Source of the DNA: Spirochaetota bacterium
GTDB taxonomy: Bacteria; Spirochaetota; UBA4802; JAFGJZ01
Direction: 5' to 3'
DNA length: 64,000 nucleotides
NCBI GenBank assembly: GCA_016934935.1
Contig: JAFGRW010000050.1
Location: 811-64,810, forward strand
Part shown: piece after piece, positions 28,653 to 36,662 of the stretch
Numbering within the stretch: position 1 is the first letter of the stretch
Layout of the letters: every line of letters starts with the position of its first letter
The notes under the pieces: generated by a model
The model's database searches: none
Seen by the model: the letters and a program-made list of their open reading frames with translations, nothing else
What the model was told of the DNA's origin: nothing
Translations under genes and position numbers: made by a program

Positions 28653-30473
28653 ATGAATAACGTCAGACAGATATACAAAGAGTGTGCCTCCTCTTTGGTG
28701 CAAAAGAGAGAGGGTGATCTTTGGAAGGGGCGTCTCTCTTCGAGTGCACTTGCCGTATCCGTTGCCATTACGGCTTTCGCGATGTATGACAGTAATTTGC
28801 TAAAACAACAGATTAAAGATGGTGTACGCTGGCTTATTGCCACACAGAATGGGGACGGTGGTTATGGTGACTCGCCACAAAGCATCAGCAATATTAGTAC
28901 AACTCTTTTATGCTACGCTGCCTTAACAATCTGCGATGATCAGAAAGAGTCAAGAGTCGCACGCGGTCGGATCTGCTTATATCTGTATAGACAAGATATT
29001 GATATGAAGAGAGATTTTGTAGAACGTTCGGTTCTTGACCATTACGGCAGGGATCTAACATTCTCGGTTCCAATATTGACTATGCTTGCGATCTGTGGTG
29101 TGATTGATGATTTTGAAAAAATTCCTCAGTTGCCCTTCGAGTTTTCCCTTCTGCCAAGATCTCTATTCCGTTTTTTCAATCTTCAAGTGGTTAGTTACGC
29201 GATACCGGCATTGATAGCTGTTGGAATTGTTTGCCTAAAAAAGAAGAGAAAATCTAATCCATTTCTTCGTTTTATAAGATACAGGCTGGTAAAAAAAGCT
29301 TTATGTCGACTGCAATCGTTGATGCCGCAAAGTGGAGGCTTTCTGGAGGCTGTTCCGTTAACCGGTTTTGTCTCCCTCAGTCTGCTTGCGGCAGGTGTTC
29401 GCAATCAAACAGTTGAAAGAGGAATTTCGTTTTTAAAAAAAATACAGCGGAGTGACGGATCATTTCCTATAGACACGGATCTTTCACTCTGGGTCACAAC
29501 ACTTTCTATTAAAGCATTAAATGATAATCTGAATACCAGTTGCGGTCAAGAGGCCATTGAGCGGCTTCGGAATATACTTTTAAATAGTCAGTATCGACAG
29601 GTTCATCCGTTTAACGGAGCAAAGCCCGGTGGCTGGGGATGGACTACCTTTAGCGGCGCTGTTCCGGATGCCGATGACACCTCCGGTGCAATACTTGCAC
29701 TGGCTATTTTATCTGACGGATCTGCAGAAGTTAAGCGCTCTATTAAACTCGGATGTGACTGGTTAATCTCGCTTCAGAACAGGGACGGTGGTGTACCTAC
29801 ATTCTGCAAGGGGTGGGGTCGTCTTCCATTTGACAAGAGTTGTGCCGACCTTACTGCTCACGCCTGTGCTGCAATTATTAGAAGCAGGTATTACCTTAAT
29901 GGGGTGATAACCAATAATACAGCGCGTTGTTACGGCCGTTTTATTAATCGCGCTCTTGGCTATCTTGAAAAAAACCAGTCTTCAACTGGAGCGCTATTGC
30001 CTCTATGGTTTGGAAATCAAGATCATCCCGAACATAAAAATCCTGTCTATGGTAGCGCAAAGATCTCTGTATATCTGCGGGACTCTTTGCAGTTTGTTTG
30101 TGAAGATAGTCAAGAGTATAGGCGGATTTATAAACTTGCAGATAAAGCCTGTCGTTATCTTGAGTCATGCCAGAACGAGGACGGTGGTTGGGGTGCTGCC
30201 TCTGGTATAAAGTCGACTTTGGAAGAGAGCGCATTATCTGTATCGGCATTAACATCTTTTAACCGGGACAGAGCGGTGCGTGGTGTTGATTACCTTCTCA
30301 GCGCAATTAAAATTAATGGAATTACCGCGTCACCAATTGGTCTCTATTTCGCTTCACTCTGGTATGATGAGGAGCTTTACCCTCATGTTTTCCTAACAGA
30401 GGCGCTGGGGCGTTATATCCGAACTGCGGATAATGGCTGCACTGAAAATTTGGATAAGCTTGAAAAAATGTAA
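28653..30473 (+). CDS. Class II terpene cyclase (squalene-hopene cyclase family, DxDD type)
   Basis: GGWGWTTFSGAVPDADDTSG (compare SHC GWAF....PDVDDTA). QW-like motifs TQNGDGGYG, IQRSDGSF, LQNRDGGVP and CQNEDGGWG. Confidence 0.8.
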   Translation: MNNVRQIYKECASSLVQKREGDLWKGRLSSSALAVSVAITAFAMYDSNLLKQQIKDGVRWLIATQNGDGGYGDSPQSISNISTTLLCYAALTICDDQKESRVARGRICLYLYRQDIDMKRDFVERSVLDHYGRDLTFSVPILTMLAICGVIDDFEKIPQLPFEFSLLPRSLFRFFNLQVVSYAIPALIAVGIVCLKKKRKSNPFLRFIRYRLVKKALCRLQSLMPQSGGFLEAVPLTGFVSLSLLAAGVRNQTVERGISFLKKIQRSDGSFPIDTDLSLWVTTLSIKALNDNLNTSCGQEAIERLRNILLNSQYRQVHPFNGAKPGGWGWTTFSGAVPDADDTSGAILALAILSDGSAEVKRSIKLGCDWLISLQNRDGGVPTFCKGWGRLPFDKSCADLTAHACAAIIRSRYYLNGVITNNTARCYGRFINRALGYLEKNQSSTGALLPLWFGNQDHPEHKNPVYGSAKISVYLRDSLQFVCEDSQEYRRIYKLADKACRYLESCQNEDGGWGAASGIKSTLEESALSVSALTSFNRDRAVRGVDYLLSAIKINGITASPIGLYFASLWYDEELYPHVFLTEALGRYIRTADNGCTENLDKLEKM

Positions 30474-30582
30474 TAAGTGTTCGCTAGAATTATTAAATAA
30501 TATCCACAAGTATAGTATTTTACTATTCCTGTAATAGTAGTGGTTTTATAATAATTAAAATTAATATAAAGAGGAGATGTAA

Positions 30583-31848
30583 ATGATGAACAAATTTAAT
30601 TGGTGTAAGAATATGTTTTTACAGGCAGTTGTGATAATTTCATTGCTACTGTTATGTGCGTGTTCGAAACCTATTGATCAGCAAGAGGGGTGGACCAAAT
30701 GGCGAGGACCTTCAGGCGATGGAACCATACGTGATGAAGCTTTTAATCCTTCGTTTATTAATAACAAAGACAATATCAAATGGCGGACGACGGTCGGTTC
30801 CGGATATTCTGGATTGTGTGTATCCAATAATCGCGTCTATACCATGGGTAAAAAAAATGATTCTGGTGCATTTATCGATGTAGTCTATTGTATCGACAGT
30901 AAAAATGGGAAAATTGTCTGGACTTACGAGTATACATTGATGAGAGAATATCCGTACGCAGGTCCTCGTGCAATGCCGGTTGTAGATGGTGATCGACTTT
31001 TTACCTTAAGTGCTGATGGCGATTTGACTGCTCTTGATGTCCATAGTGGAGAAAAAATATGGGACAGAAATATTCCCTATTCAGAGAATCTTCCGATTAG
31101 TATTTATGGTATTACAGGATCACCGGTTATCGAGAAAGGTGTTATTTACCTTAATATCGGGGGTGGAATTGCTCTTAATGCGGATACCGGTAAGACAATC
31201 TGGAAAGGAAAATTTGCTCCAACCGGTTATGCGACGCCTGTGCTGCTGGATTATAAAGGAACGCGGGCTGTGATGTTTTTTACGGGTAATATGCTTCGAT
31301 TGTTGAATGCTGCTGATGGAAAAATTATTGCAAGTAGCGACTGGATAAATGAACAGGGTATTAACGCGGCGGATCCTCTTATTGTTGAAGATGGAAATGT
31401 GCTGGTTTCTACTTCATACAGAAGTGATGGTTCCGGCATGTATGATTTTTCATCAGGCTCCTTTGAGGAAAAATGGGTGAGATCGGGTATCAGCACCCAC
31501 TTCAGCAGCCTGATTAAGCACGATGAACTCGTTTACGGTATACATGGTGATACAAATGCTCGGGGTCGATGTGAGTTTACCTGCCTTGATCCATTGTCAG
31601 GAGAGGTTGTTTGGAGCAGTCGCACATCGCTTTATGGCTCACTTATTAAGGTTAATAATACCATTATATATTTGAATGAAAATGGACAGCTTTATACTGT
31701 TGAACCTTCCCGAGAAGGATTCAAAGTAAGCTCCTCGCTTAACGCTCTTTATGGTAGAGCTAATTCATGGGTAGCGCCTTCGTACTGGAAAGGACATCTT
31801 TATTTACGATCTAATTCCGGTGAAGTTGTTTGCGTAAAAGCGATTTGA
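30583..31848 (+). CDS. PQQ-like beta-propeller lipoprotein (P6; paralogue of P3 and P5)
   Basis: Signal peptide with LLCAC lipobox. The same motif set as P3 (GWTKWRGP, YAGPRAMPVV, VIYLNIGGG, INAADP, STHFSSLIKH, LYLRSNSGEVVC). SD gaggag. Confidence 0.8.
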   Translation: MMNKFNWCKNMFLQAVVIISLLLLCACSKPIDQQEGWTKWRGPSGDGTIRDEAFNPSFINNKDNIKWRTTVGSGYSGLCVSNNRVYTMGKKNDSGAFIDVVYCIDSKNGKIVWTYEYTLMREYPYAGPRAMPVVDGDRLFTLSADGDLTALDVHSGEKIWDRNIPYSENLPISIYGITGSPVIEKGVIYLNIGGGIALNADTGKTIWKGKFAPTGYATPVLLDYKGTRAVMFFTGNMLRLLNAADGKIIASSDWINEQGINAADPLIVEDGNVLVSTSYRSDGSGMYDFSSGSFEEKWVRSGISTHFSSLIKHDELVYGIHGDTNARGRCEFTCLDPLSGEVVWSSRTSLYGSLIKVNNTIIYLNENGQLYTVEPSREGFKVSSSLNALYGRANSWVAPSYWKGHLYLRSNSGEVVCVKAI

Positions 31849-31906
31849 TGTTCGTATCACGAAGTTTATAGTTTGTCTAGCGAAGCTGTTAAACCCGATC
31901 TCTTGA

Positions 31907-32179
31907 AAGAAAAGACACACTCCTGATCAGGAGGGAAAAGGTCCGATCGCCAAGAGCTGGTCGTCCAGCATCACTTTCAAAAAGCAAAGTGGTGCTGGAT
32001 TGCATATCTCATATGCGGGGAATCAATCCCGTTCGCACCGCCTGTTAGAAGACTTAATGCATAAAAGCTTCTCCACTACTTCTGATTGCTTATTGTGGGC
32101 CGATCACCAATATAATGTCACAGTAGAAGATTATAACGAGTTTGCAGGCCAACACTATGAAACAATATATAAGTATTGA
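31907..32179 (+). pseudogene. Possible gene remnant: 90-codon open frame with no usable start
   Basis: Hand translation ...GPIAKSWSSSITFKKQSGAGLHISYAGNQ...WADHQYNVTVEDYNEFAGQHYETIYKY-stop. The only starts are TTG at 32000 and ATG at 32057. I do not recognise the family. Confidence 0.25.
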
Positions 32180-32214
32180 TAATTCTCGAGTTAATCAGGT
32201 TTTCCTGATACAAA

Positions 32215-33378
32215 TCATGATGCTATGGATGACTTTCTTTTTTTATTTTTAAACTGGGAAGGTGTCATACCTGTATGTTTTTTAAAAACACTGTTAAATG
32301 TTGACTTGCTGTTAAATCCGGACTCGTACACAACCTCAATTATGTTTTTTTTCTCTTCAGGATCGGAAGAGAGTAACCGTTTACTCTCTTCAATTCGGTA
32401 ACTATTGACATAATCATAAAAATTAATTTTTAGGAAGCTATTTAACACCTGTGATATCCGGTGAGAAGGGATTTTTGTCATATCAGACAATGTTTGTACA
32501 GTCAACTCTGGTACAAGAAAAGGTTTTTCATGTAACATGTATTCGTTTAGTATTTTCAAATATGCACTTCTCTCTTTTTCATTAAGAGGATTTTTTTTAT
32601 ATTTGCCAACATGCTCTAGTTTTGCAGGTAGAATTATTTCGCGTTGTGAAAACGCCCACAAAAAAAGTATTGTCAGAATAATAAGAAGAACGACTGATGA
32701 AAGTATATAGGCATATGGATAATAACCTTTAAAAGATTCCCGGTATACAATGATAGCTACTATTTCAAAAACACCCCACAAACCTATTGCAATCAGAAAG
32801 AAATGCAACCATCTAAGACTAATGCTGGAAACTGAAGAGAAAATATCAATAATATTTTTTCTATGGCAATAAAGGCTGTGTGAAGTAAAAATAAGATAGG
32901 CGTAAATCTGGATAACCCTAAGTATACGTATGTTTTGATATTCAAATACAGAAAAAAGACTATGATTGTAGGTGCTCATAATTATCGTATTAGCCGGTCC
33001 TTTAGAAATATACTCAACAAAAATATACAGAAGCACAACTGCAAAAGGTAACAGATGAATTAAATGCCGGGAAGAGAGGCGAAAATTATTATTGGCAATA
33101 GACTTTGTATAAAAATATAAAAAAGGAAATGAGAGAAAGCTCAGAGGTGTTGTAAAAAAGAAAAAGGGAGGAGCAGGGTGATAAGCTTTAAATTGATCTG
33201 TTGGAACAGAGTGATTTAAGAATCCACCCACCTCACCACACACTATAAAAAAGAAAAAGAAGAAAAGATAACGATTTGACCGGTTTCTATTAAAAGGCAA
33301 CATACAAAGAAAAATCATGAACAGCAGTGATTGAAAGGTGGTTAGAAGATGAATATTTTGTTTTATTGAATAGAGCAT
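32215..33378 (-). CDS. AraC-family regulator with multi-TM N-terminal domain (A2; inverted paralogue of A1)
   Basis: Same length (387 aa) as A1 and roughly 70 percent identical by eye. The HTH region is nearly identical (ESGFNSKSTFNSVFKKHTGMTPS). Confidence 0.85.
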   Translation of the reverse strand: MLYSIKQNIHLLTTFQSLLFMIFLCMLPFNRNRSNRYLFFFFFFIVCGEVGGFLNHSVPTDQFKAYHPAPPFFFFTTPLSFLSFPFLYFYTKSIANNNFRLSSRHLIHLLPFAVVLLYIFVEYISKGPANTIIMSTYNHSLFSVFEYQNIRILRVIQIYAYLIFTSHSLYCHRKNIIDIFSSVSSISLRWLHFFLIAIGLWGVFEIVAIIVYRESFKGYYPYAYILSSVVLLIILTILFLWAFSQREIILPAKLEHVGKYKKNPLNEKERSAYLKILNEYMLHEKPFLVPELTVQTLSDMTKIPSHRISQVLNSFLKINFYDYVNSYRIEESKRLLSSDPEEKKNIIEVVYESGFNSKSTFNSVFKKHTGMTPSQFKNKKRKSSIAS

Positions 33379-33680
33379 CTTGTCCTCTAAATTGGTTTTA
33401 ATGTAGATAAACTATACTATATGGTAAAATAATCTTTAATATTTTGAAGATGATAATTCCAATAACCTTGAAAATGCCAGAGATTTTTTAGAAAAGTTAT
33501 GAATTTCCGAAAAACATTACTTGTGTTTGGTAATATATTTCTTTGCAAATAGTATCTGTTCTGTTAATAGACAGTCTGTTCGAGGTTCAATCGCTATTGT
33601 TGTATTATTATTTAATAAATAATTAACTGTGAATACAAGTAAGAAGTATAACTCTTTTAAATAAGGGATTATAAAAAAGG

Positions 33681-33915
33681 AGACGAAAAAAGAGAGGAAG
33701 CTCCTCCACACGAACCGGGTCTTTTGCCGAAGTGGGTAAAAGAGCGAGAAGCCGATATGGTAATTTGCGGAGGAATGGGACAAAGGGCTCAGCAGCTTTT
33801 TGTTTCACAAGGGATAGAGGTTTTGGTGGGTGCTCCTTCTGAAACACCGGAAAAAATTGTGCAGTCATATCTTGATGGAACACTTGTAACAGGTGCTAAC
33901 GGATGTGACCACTAG
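33681..33915 (+). pseudogene. 5'-truncated NifX-like gene fragment (right repeat copy)
   Basis: Encodes (D)EKREEAPPHEPGLLPKW...GANGCDH, which is 68/76 aa identical to the end of 2821-3159. It lacks about the first 36 codons and has no ATG; the only candidate start is internal TTG 33724. Confidence 0.8.
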
Positions 33916-34027
33916 GTACCATTGTGAATAGAAGAAAGTTATTTATGCTTCACTGGACATAAAATTGAGTATGTGATTATATTTGTATCGCAGGCCTGTA
34001 TTGCTGTTACATTTAATAATTACTGCA

Positions 34028-34230
34028 GTTTAAGAAGTTCCTCTAATAAAAAAGCAGTCCGGTTTTGCCGGACTGTTATTATTATCTACACGACTTTTCA
34101 AATAATGGGTAACAAGAGAGAGGGCAGAATAGCTGGGCGGCTATTCTGCCTTCTCTGCATGTTTGGACGCGCAGTGCAGGGAACAGTAATGTCTATCGGG
34201 AGGGATATTACAGACTGTTCCCTTCAATTA
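34028..34230. repeat. Hairpin-rich conserved element of ~203 nt, copy 2
   Basis: Same three hairpins as copy 1 (34055-34075, 34117-34156, 34178-34223). The single stem substitution in hairpin 2 gives G-U on the plus strand. Confidence 0.6.
34048..34085. terminator. Bidirectional terminator hairpin (copy 2)
   Basis: A6-CAGTCCGG-ttttg-CCGGACTG-TTATTATTAT. Confidence 0.55.
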
Positions 34231-34477
34231 TGTTCGGTATAGATAGGCAATACTTTAGCTTTTTTTTTATTTTTTTGTAAAATTATAAAATATTCTGCTC
34301 GTTAGATTCTGTGATTATTAGATTCTTATCAATAATTTTCAGGAAACTATTTGAATAAAACTGGATGAGAAGAGAAATAGCATAAAAACTTATTGAAGTG
34401 ATGAACCTGGGGATTATCGTGGAAAAAGTTTTAATTATGAGTGATTAGAGGCTTTTCTCTTTTATTAAGGAAATAAT

Positions 34478-35431
34478 ATGAGTAATTCAGGTCAGGAAAA
34501 TCTTGGAACCGGCATAATAAACAAAGTGTTTGGGTTATACTATACAGTCAATGACGGACAAAAAGATATAGCCTGTTTTTTAAAAGGGAAAAACCGTATA
34601 AATAAGGAGTTCAAAAAATTCACAAATCCGGTTGCAGTCGGTGATAATGTGAAATTTCAGTATAATGATGATGGAAGCGGTTCGATCATTGACCTGTTGC
34701 CGCGTAGTAATCTGTTTTCAAGACGGGACAAGGGGCGAAATGCCCGTGAAGACGTAATAGCGGCCAATCTTGATATGGTTCTTGTTATTCAGTCTTTCCT
34801 TGATCCGCCTGTTAATCCGCGTTTTGTTGACCGGCTTGCCGTAAGGGCAATTAAAGAAAACATAGAACCGGTTCTGTGCATGAACAAAGAAGATCTGGCC
34901 ACTGAGGATATGACCAATTCGATAATGGAATATTACAGGAATTCCGGTTTGAAAATTATCGTTACAAGCGCATTGAGTATGAATGGAATCGATAGTCTTA
35001 AAAACATGTTAACCGGAAAAAGAACTCTGCTGGCCGGATATTCCGGAGTGGGCAAAAGTTCGTTGATAAACTCGATATACAGTGATCTTAACCTCGCTGT
35101 TTCAGATATATCGGATAAGACAGGTAAGGGACGTCATACTACAACGAACGTTATTATGTATAAGCAGAAAGATGGTACAGAGCTTATTGACTCACCGGGC
35201 GTACGCGAGTTTGGTCTGGTCGATATCGAGCCGGAAGAGCTAGGCAGTTTTTTTTACGAGTTTACACAATACAGGTCGGATTGTACTTTTTCAAATTGTA
35301 CACATGAGCATGAACCCGGATGCGGTGTTAAAGATCGTGTTGAGTCGGGTATTGTTTGTAGAGAGCGTTATGTCTCTTATCTCAATATGCTGGAATCGCT
35401 CTTGGAGTATCGGGAGCAGAAATACCGATGA
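34478..35431 (+). CDS. rsgA: Ribosome small-subunit-dependent GTPase A
   Basis: GYSGVGKSSLIN, GRHTTT, DSPGVREF, and the C-terminal zinc motif CTFSNCTHEHEPGC. Confidence 0.9.
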   Translation: MSNSGQENLGTGIINKVFGLYYTVNDGQKDIACFLKGKNRINKEFKKFTNPVAVGDNVKFQYNDDGSGSIIDLLPRSNLFSRRDKGRNAREDVIAANLDMVLVIQSFLDPPVNPRFVDRLAVRAIKENIEPVLCMNKEDLATEDMTNSIMEYYRNSGLKIIVTSALSMNGIDSLKNMLTGKRTLLAGYSGVGKSSLINSIYSDLNLAVSDISDKTGKGRHTTTNVIMYKQKDGTELIDSPGVREFGLVDIEPEELGSFFYEFTQYRSDCTFSNCTHEHEPGCGVKDRVESGIVCRERYVSYLNMLESLLEYREQKYR

Positions 35432-36171
35432 TACAGGTTAAAAATGTCACGGTCTCTTTTGACGAAATAAAAGTTTTGGATAACATATCATTTGAGGTGC
35501 CCGAAAAGGGTAATCTGGTAGTTCTTGGTAAAAATGGTTCAGGCAAAAGTGTACTATTAAAATCTATTGCCGGTTTGATCAATACAAGCGAAGGTTTTAT
35601 TGAAATAGATAATGTTAAAGCCGGACCGGAGCTTTATGAAAACGGTGCAAGTGAGCGGTCTACTGTTGGCTATGTTTTTCAAAAGGGCGGTCTTTTCGAT
35701 TCAATGACTGTTGCCGAAAATATAGCCTTCGGAATGCTGCGGAAAAAATATGATAGAAGTGTTATAGACAAAAAGATAGAAGAGGTTCTGGTAAGTGTCG
35801 GGCTTGCCGGATCAGGGGAGAAATATCCGTCAGAGTTGTCCGGAGGTATGCAAAAAAGGGTTTCTTTGGCACGCTGTTTATGTCTTGAACCAAAAATTAT
35901 GCTTTATGATGATCCGGCTGCGGGTCTTGATCCCGTGTTGACAGATTCAGTTGCTGACCTTATCTTGGCAATACGGGAGAGCGCGGCGATTACGTCTGTA
36001 ACAGTAACACATGATCTGAAATTTGCCAGAAAAATCGCAGATACCGTGATATTGCTTTATGGAGGAAAGATAGCATGTATGCTGGAAGTAGAAGATTTTT
36101 TTTCAAAAAAAGATCCCTACGCTAAACAGTTTATTGAAGGTTCGGATGTTGGTCCGATTGATCTTTTTTAA
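35428..36171 (+). CDS. ABC transporter ATP-binding protein (MlaF/Ttg2A-like), with no adjacent permease
   Basis: GKNGSGKS, LSGGMQKRVSLARCL, MLYDDPAAGLDP. ATGA overlap with rsgA. Confidence 0.75.
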   Translation: MIQVKNVTVSFDEIKVLDNISFEVPEKGNLVVLGKNGSGKSVLLKSIAGLINTSEGFIEIDNVKAGPELYENGASERSTVGYVFQKGGLFDSMTVAENIAFGMLRKKYDRSVIDKKIEEVLVSVGLAGSGEKYPSELSGGMQKRVSLARCLCLEPKIMLYDDPAAGLDPVLTDSVADLILAIRESAAITSVTVTHDLKFARKIADTVILLYGGKIACMLEVEDFFSKKDPYAKQFIEGSDVGPIDLF

Positions 36172-36225
36172 AAAGTGTCTTGCGAATATTTATTCTTGAT
36201 ATTTTATACATTAATGGAGAGTTAA

Positions 36226-36537
36226 TTGTTAAACAAAGAACGAAGGTCGGGTGATCGTCATGATTGTAACGGCGACTATTTTTTCTCGCCGGATAGTCGC
36301 AATCAAAAATATAGCTGCTTATTGAAGAATGTTTCAGTTACTGGAGCCTGCATTTTAACTGAATTTCCGTTGAAAAATGATGATCAGATAACTCTACATG
36401 TTTGCCTTGGCAGGGATATCGAGTTAAAAAGCAGTGTAGTATGGAAAAAAAATGATTTATATGGACTTTTGTTTGAGCTTGAAACACCTGAAGCGTTTGA
36501 CAATATTAGTTATCTGATTAATAATCGTCCTGTCTAA
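36226..36537 (+). CDS. PilZ domain protein (c-di-GMP receptor type)
   Basis: RRSGDR (RxxxR) and NVSVTGA (D/NxSxxG) motifs. TTG start follows ggagag. Confidence 0.65.
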   Translation: MLNKERRSGDRHDCNGDYFFSPDSRNQKYSCLLKNVSVTGACILTEFPLKNDDQITLHVCLGRDIELKSSVVWKKNDLYGLLFELETPEAFDNISYLINNRPV

Positions 36538-36662
36538 TCGGCATAGTTGCCCAAAATCAGGTGTAATTAGTGCATTTGACGTTTTATGACGTTAATCGAT
36601 AAGCGTTACAGGTGTGCGGGATGTAATATTATTTATGTTTATCACGAATTCAGGAGAAAACA

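Larger units (their letters stand above)
33681..34230 (+). repeat. Right copy of the island-flanking direct repeat
   Basis: See 2925-3460. Homology begins abruptly at 33681, next to the A2 promoter region. Confidence 0.85.

Noticed and set aside
28653-30473. Calling the cyclase shc/hpnF and the cassette a hopanoid locus.
   Set aside because: The DxDD and QW motifs establish only the class II cyclase family. No squalene-forming or other hpn genes are recognisable in the window, and a polyprenyl synthase is adjacent. The substrate and product are left open.
3597-33378. A search for integrase, transposase, IS ends, phage or conjugation genes inside the island.
   Set aside because: No ORF shows tyrosine- or serine-recombinase, DDE-transposase or relaxase features. 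I therefore do not call a mobile_element feature. The island is inferred only from the flanking repeat, the truncated gene copy and composition.
33517-33883. Minus-strand ORFs 33517-33783 and 33623-33883.
   Set aside because: They run antisense through the NifX-like remnant and the A2 promoter region. They show no motifs or SD. The plus-strand homology to 2925-3159 explains the open frames.
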